Shown here: in pieces, positions 58,997 to 64,000 of the stretch
How positions within the stretch are numbered: the stretch's first letter is position 1
How the letters are laid out: each line of letters begins with the position of its first letter
From: Oopsacas minuta
Taxonomy: Eukaryota; Animalia; Porifera
Length of the DNA stretch: 64,000 nucleotides
Direction: 5' to 3'
Assembly (NCBI GenBank): GCA_024704765.1
Contig: JAKMXF010000308.1
Location: forward strand, 1 to 64,000
Position numbers and translations under genes: made by a program
Notes under the pieces: generated by a model
Told to the model about the DNA's origin: nothing
Seen by the model: only the letters and a program-made list of their open reading frames with translations
Database searches by the model: none

Positions 58997-61900
58997 ATGA
59001 AAGTGAACAGAAATGTTCGTAGCAAGTTTGTGATAGACATGTCGATACCTAACTTAACACAATCATTAGACGGACCTACTGTAACTAGGACTCGACCGTC
59101 TGACCTCCAGGTAGTGGGGAGTTCAATCATTAATCCCTTCATCAACCTCACAACTCAAACAGATGTTCTTGAGGTTGAATTATTGAAGTCATCAGATAAT
59201 GAGCGCGGATTAGTAGATAAGAGTAGAGAAGCAAGAAAGGACTTTATGCGTGCGATTAATAAACTTAAAGATGAGTCACACTCTAGCCTGTCTTATCTGG
59301 AGGAGCAGCTACAATTTAATACAGACTACACTCCAGTAAACGAGTCTTTGGTTTTACAAACTTCAGGTAGCTTAATTATAAAGATTTTACTTGTGTTCGG
59401 AACAAATGTGATTATTTATTCCTATATTTTATTAATGATACTATTCACTCACATCTCTCTACTCCCCTATTTCTTAACCTGGAGTGTTATCAGGCTTTCA
59501 TCCAAGTTCTCATGGCTATACGCCTAAAACTGAAAACTAATTCTTTACGTACGTCTATACTATACATTTTGTATTACCATAGGAGTGTTGGCTAAATATT
59601 CGTACTTCAAGAGATATATTTGCTAAATGCTCGCGCCTATATAGCTGTAGGGAGTAGACGCGCCGCATATATCTGGATAATACCCTGATGTTAATACCCT
59701 GAGGGTACTGGAAAATATTTCTGTTATGTGCGATACAGATATTCCACTATTCTATATTCTAGTTTAGATTCTAACCTAAAATATGGCACTGGCAGATGCT
59801 TCAGCATAAAAAATATCGAAACATTCGACTGCATTACTAAATACGAGCCGCTTCGCTTGCTCGCGCGGCTTGCGAACACTTTGTGTTTGCATGGAACTCG
59901 GTACTTCGTGCTCGAATTGGAAAAGTGTAAAAATTGTAAAAATGAATTAATAAATATATATTTCAACTATTTGTTTCCTTTATATTCATAAAAACAACAA
60001 AATTTACATAGGATCAACTTGAAAATAAGAAACGCTGCACTAGTATAACATTCTGTTCGGATATATTAACTTTGGCTAGTAATACTTAATACAGGGTGGC
60101 TTTTAAGTTCTGTCCCATGATTTATAAGAACCATTTTTCCATGCTGAGTCTTTGCTATTAGATATATCTTATTAGTTTGCCTTATTATACTGTATTTAAC
60201 ATAAATATACAGTTTCAGAGTACAATTGTAGAGAAATTTCAATTTTATTAGTGATGGAACGTGAGAGGTCGGCAATTGTAGAATTATTTACAAAAGGACA
60301 TCCTTCAAGGGAAATTTTGAAGATCCTGAAACTCCCTCTAAACAGAAGGAAATTTGTATACCGCACTATTAGGCGATACAAGGTTACTGGAAAAGTTGAA
60401 GATAGGGCGAGATCAGGCCGTCCGTGCTCAGTAACCACCCCCAGCTTAGGGAAAGTCATCGCCCAGCGAATTCGCCGAAATCCTAGACGTTCCATAAGGA
60501 AAATGGCTCTAGATCTGAAAGTATCAAGATGTGCAATGACCAAAATTGTGAAAAGGGATTTAGGGATGAGTTCATTCAAGCGTAAGAAGGTACACTTCCT
60601 TCCTCAATTGGTAAAGGAAAAAAGGGTTGCAAGATGCAAAGGTGCGTTGGGCCGGTACGCTGTTGAAAATCTAGAAAAAATATTATTTTCAGATGAGAAA
60701 ATATTCACTATCCAGGAGGCAACCAATGTACAAAATGATCGTATACTTGCATCATCTCCTTCCAAAGTCGACGAGAAGTTCAGATATGTTAGCCGAATAC
60801 AGAACCCTAAGTCGGTGATGGTTTGGGCAGGGGTGTCAAAAATGGGCCGGACACCATTGGTTTTTGTACCACAAGGGGTAAAAATCAATTCAATTAATTA
60901 TCGAGAAATGGTTTTGGAGCCAGTATTGAAGAATATAGGCCGAGACATGTTCGGAGGTACTTCATTTGTTTTCCAGCAAGACGGGGCGCCAGCACACACT
61001 TCTAATGTTACCCAGTCATGGTTACATGACAATTTTCCTGGTTTTATAACCAAGGAAGAATGGCCTCCTTACAGTCCTGACCTGAATCCCATGGATTATT
61101 CTGTGTGGTCAATTCTCGAGACGAAAGCTTGTGTTAACTCTCACACAAGTATCAAGTCACTGAAGAGGAAACTTTGCCAAGAGTGGAATAAAATTCCCCA
61201 AAAAACCCTCCGTGCTGCTATTGAGGCCTTGCCAGATCGAATTACACGTGTAATACAAAATGAGGGAGGCTATATTGAATAAAATTCGCGAAATATGTTT
61301 TGTCTCAGAATCATAAATTAGAGCAATAAATATCATTACCAAGCTATATATATATATTGATAAATAGTAGTTTTTGCATGGGACAGAACTTAAAAGCCAC
61401 CCTGTAGACATTAATAAGATTGTAGCCATTTAGTAAATACAGTCAACTCCAGTTATATCGAAGTTTGAAATTGTACAAATATAGTCCTAAGCCCTCAGAG
61501 TAGTACATAAATTATATCGGTTATTATCGCGGTTCCTTGACCTTCGATATAATGGGAGATGACTGTAATAGATTGATTATATGAATCATAATTATAAATG
61601 TATTTTAGAAACAGAAAAGATGAATTCCTTTGAAGGTGATAAATCATACTTCTTTCCTATATCAGATTACCCGATCACTTCTAACGACACATATCAATTG
61701 CCACCTCATGATTCTAGTTCCACCCTTTCTCATCCTGTAGTTGAGTCTGATTTAGAATCCTTCATTGGAGATAATATTACTCTTAAGAACAGTACAGCTA
61801 AGTTTGGTGGTTCTCTAGAAGAGGTGGGTAATCTTAATGGTTCTTTTCTGAAAGAATTATCTTCATCTGATCCACATCTATTCACCCTCGTTTCTGCCCC

Positions 61901-64000
61901 CTTATATCAACACGAGACACCTTACACTACCACTACCCTACCTCTCAGAGACAGATCTATATCAGATCCCTGTTTGGGAATTACCAACTGTGTTCCTATT
62001 GATACAGAAGTATTGTCACTGCCTGATGTGAGTTTTAGCTATTATTATTCAAGCTTAGATAAATTACCTACTTTTATGAAAATTAATTAATTCCATCCAG
62101 GCTATAGCATACTCTAGGGTCCGAATAAACGGGGAATTATCCCTACTCCTAATAATTTACTATTATGTAATGCAAGGTATGATATAAGCTTATTAATAAT
62201 ATAAAATGCTTACTCTATCTAGTGTGATAAGACTATGATCCTAGAAATTCACTGCCTACAAAACATTGTAAATTTGGAATAATAATATTACGTATTTATT
62301 AATGTATTCTATTTATAGTTATCACAGACGGAAAATCCTCATCAAAATAGGATTTTCTTAACAGGTAAATTATTAGGTCATGAGGATTCAAAATCTGATT
62401 CTGATATATTAAACCCTGACATATTACGGGTTCAGGAATTGGAATTCGATAGTTGTGAAGAGCTGGATAATATTCAGCAGGATAATTTTCCAGTTGTAAA
62501 TTCTGACAAAAACTTATCAGTTCAACAAACCCTCAAATGTGAAATCCAATCAGAACATATAGAAGACATCCCTAATATCAATGATTCAATTAATAATATG
62601 GGCAATCAAATAACGACAAGCTTAATAAGTAAACCTGACTTAACTCCAAGATCAGAAGAGCAAGATAGATCCACAATAGAACCTCCTATACCCACAGATC
62701 ATGAGCCTCAAACTTCAAAAGCATTCATATCACAAGGCAGTGATATAGTAGATAATATGTGGGATGAATTTTCTTTCACTAAATATATTATTCATACTCC
62801 GAAAGCAAGAAAATCTCTGAGGACTACTATTCCTCATCCATTTTCAGTTTACTACAAAAGTTTAAAACCAAAGAAGAAAACTCAAGCTCAAATTCAGGGT
62901 GAAATGAAGAGAAGATTGGAAAAAGAATCAGAAGAAAGGGAGTGTTCTAGAAAGTTCGTTTCTAGACCTGTACCCAAGAGCACGTATGAACCCAGATACC
63001 AAGAAATACTAGCAAAAGAAGAGAACAGGCGTCAACAAACGAGAACTATTTCAAAAGATACTCTCCAGGCAATTGTCAAACCTTTCAAATTTGATAAACG
63101 AGAATCTGAGAAATATCTGATACAAGATTCCTATTCTACAAAATCAAGTGTAACCCAAAATCAGCTGATGTTTAAAGCTAAACCTGTTCCTAAACATTTA
63201 TTTCAGACACGATACGAAGACGAAGTAGCTGAACAAGACCTTTATCGTGAAATCAGAAAAGTTATGCGTACAAATCAACTTCTATCAACCTCGAGGCTAC
63301 CCGCTAGCATGTCAGCTTCTGAGAAAACTCTCTCCTACACAGACGGACATAAGAGACGAGTCAGAGAAGAACGGAACTCCAAACAAGCATTCATAACCGC
63401 AGAACATAAATTCAAACCGACTGTTAATAAACGTATGCCAGACTTTAAACGACAACAAGAATTATTCGAACAGAAAATGTTAGAGAGGAGACAGGAACAG
63501 AGATTATCCCGTTTGGAGTTTTCAGAACAAGACCTTATGATATCAGACTTGGATATAGGAGGGAGGAAAAACTTTGAGATAACAATACCCAATGTATGTG
63601 ATGTATTAATGAAAGCATGTCCGGTTAAGAAGAGACAGGTACGTAGAGTAGATGAAGTTTATGGTCACTCGCCCACCAAGAGCACTCAGTTAAGACAAGC
63701 CCTGGTTCAACAACGTATTAGCGTCCAAGCATCTAAAGAAAGAGATGAGAGAGATAGAGCTAGTGAACAGATGGAGAGGGTTAGACGAATGAAGAGACGT
63801 GTAGTGGAGCGTGTTAAGAAGTTTGATAATAGAGGAGAGATTCAGAGGAGAGCTATTGAGAAGAAGAGAGATTTTAAAGAGATGGAGGAATCACGACAGA
63901 GTGACTACACAGAACATTTGAGAATGATTAAAGAGAAGTTAGAAGAACGTCCTCTGGTATTTGAACGGGTAGCTTTACAATCAGCAAATGATGGTATTAG
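58997..64000 (+). CDS. FAM161: FAM161-family (UPF0564) ciliary/centriolar protein, 3' incomplete (exons 58997-59366, 61609-62027, 62319 to beyond 64000)
   Basis: By-hand translation of the last exon gives TIPHPFSV...KFVSRPVPKSTYEPRYQEI...EENRR...VKPFKF...FKAKPVP...EQDLYREIRK. Junctions G|GTAG..TAG|AA (phase 1) and GAT|GTGAG..TAG|TTA (phase 0) join the ORFs in frame. Confidence 0.85.
59836..59918 (-). mobile_element. Helitron-like 3' end fragment (same family as 5484-6047)
   Basis: The reverse complement reads 'ttcgagcacgaagtaccgagttc...gagcaagcgaagcggctcgtatttagt'. Confidence 0.5.
60092..61404 (+). mobile_element. Complete Tc1/mariner-superfamily DD37D (maT) transposon, 1313 bp
   Basis: Perfect 28-bp TIRs CAGGGTGGCTTTTAAGTTCTGTCCCATG (60092-60119 and 61377-61404), with TA on both sides. 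Confidence 0.95.
60251..61282 (+). CDS. DD37D (maT-type) transposase, intact, 343 aa
   Basis: Paired-like HTH (RSGRP), FSDEK, QQDGAPAH and SPDLNPMDY. I count 37 residues between the second and third Asp. Confidence 0.93.
   Translation: MMERERSAIVELFTKGHPSREILKILKLPLNRRKFVYRTIRRYKVTGKVEDRARSGRPCSVTTPSLGKVIAQRIRRNPRRSIRKMALDLKVSRCAMTKIVKRDLGMSSFKRKKVHFLPQLVKEKRVARCKGALGRYAVENLEKILFSDEKIFTIQEATNVQNDRILASSPSKVDEKFRYVSRIQNPKSVMVWAGVSKMGRTPLVFVPQGVKINSINYREMVLEPVLKNIGRDMFGGTSFVFQQDGAPAHTSNVTQSWLHDNFPGFITKEEWPPYSPDLNPMDYSVWSILETKACVNSHTSIKSLKRKLCQEWNKIPQKTLRAAIEALPDRITRVIQNEGGYIE
61440..61565. mobile_element. 126-bp pogo/Tc1-type MITE with TA target duplication
   Basis: TA|CAGTCAACTCCAGTTATATCGAAG ... 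CTTCGATATAATGGGAGATGACTG|TA (24-bp TIRs, 3 mismatches). Confidence 0.75.

Noticed and set aside
1-64000. rRNA, bona fide tRNA, snRNA or SL-RNA genes
   Set aside because: None recognisable by eye. An SL-RNA gene cannot be excluded without knowing the leader sequence.

Overview
AT-rich, compact eukaryotic (animal-type) genomic DNA with GT-AG introns. The small introns, many intronless genes and dense MITE/Helitron fragments suggest an early-branching metazoan such as a glass sponge; this is inference and was not searched. From 2.9 to 30.1 kb, twelve consecutive intact genes all lie on the minus strand: LSM3, GKAP1, SF3A2, an AtuA/DUF1446 protein, an unknown protein, JNK, CEP41, a B4GALNT3/4-like gene, a PAP2/PLPP-like gene, ARP3, HYLS1 and MRPL18. 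An endophilin-A gene (34.0-46.7 kb, minus) carries a complete WDR82 gene on the opposite strand inside its 9.3 kb third intron. At 47.4-52.1 kb a Mutator-like (FLYWCH-MULE) element holds two near-identical transposase copies tail-to-tail, forming an almost spacer-less ~1.3 kb-arm palindrome. The right end has two divergent CNC/Maf-like bZIP ORFs, an EEP hydrolase, and a FAM161-like gene (running off the window) whose first intron contains an intact DD37D (maT) Tc1/mariner element. The best leads are (1) the MULE foldback as a possible Mu-killer-like hairpin silencing locus, or an assembly artefact, and (2) operon-like co-orientation with splice-acceptor-like sites abutting start codons, suggesting spliced-leader trans-splicing. 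Family calls are from motif recognition by eye and recalled reference sequences; no database search was run.
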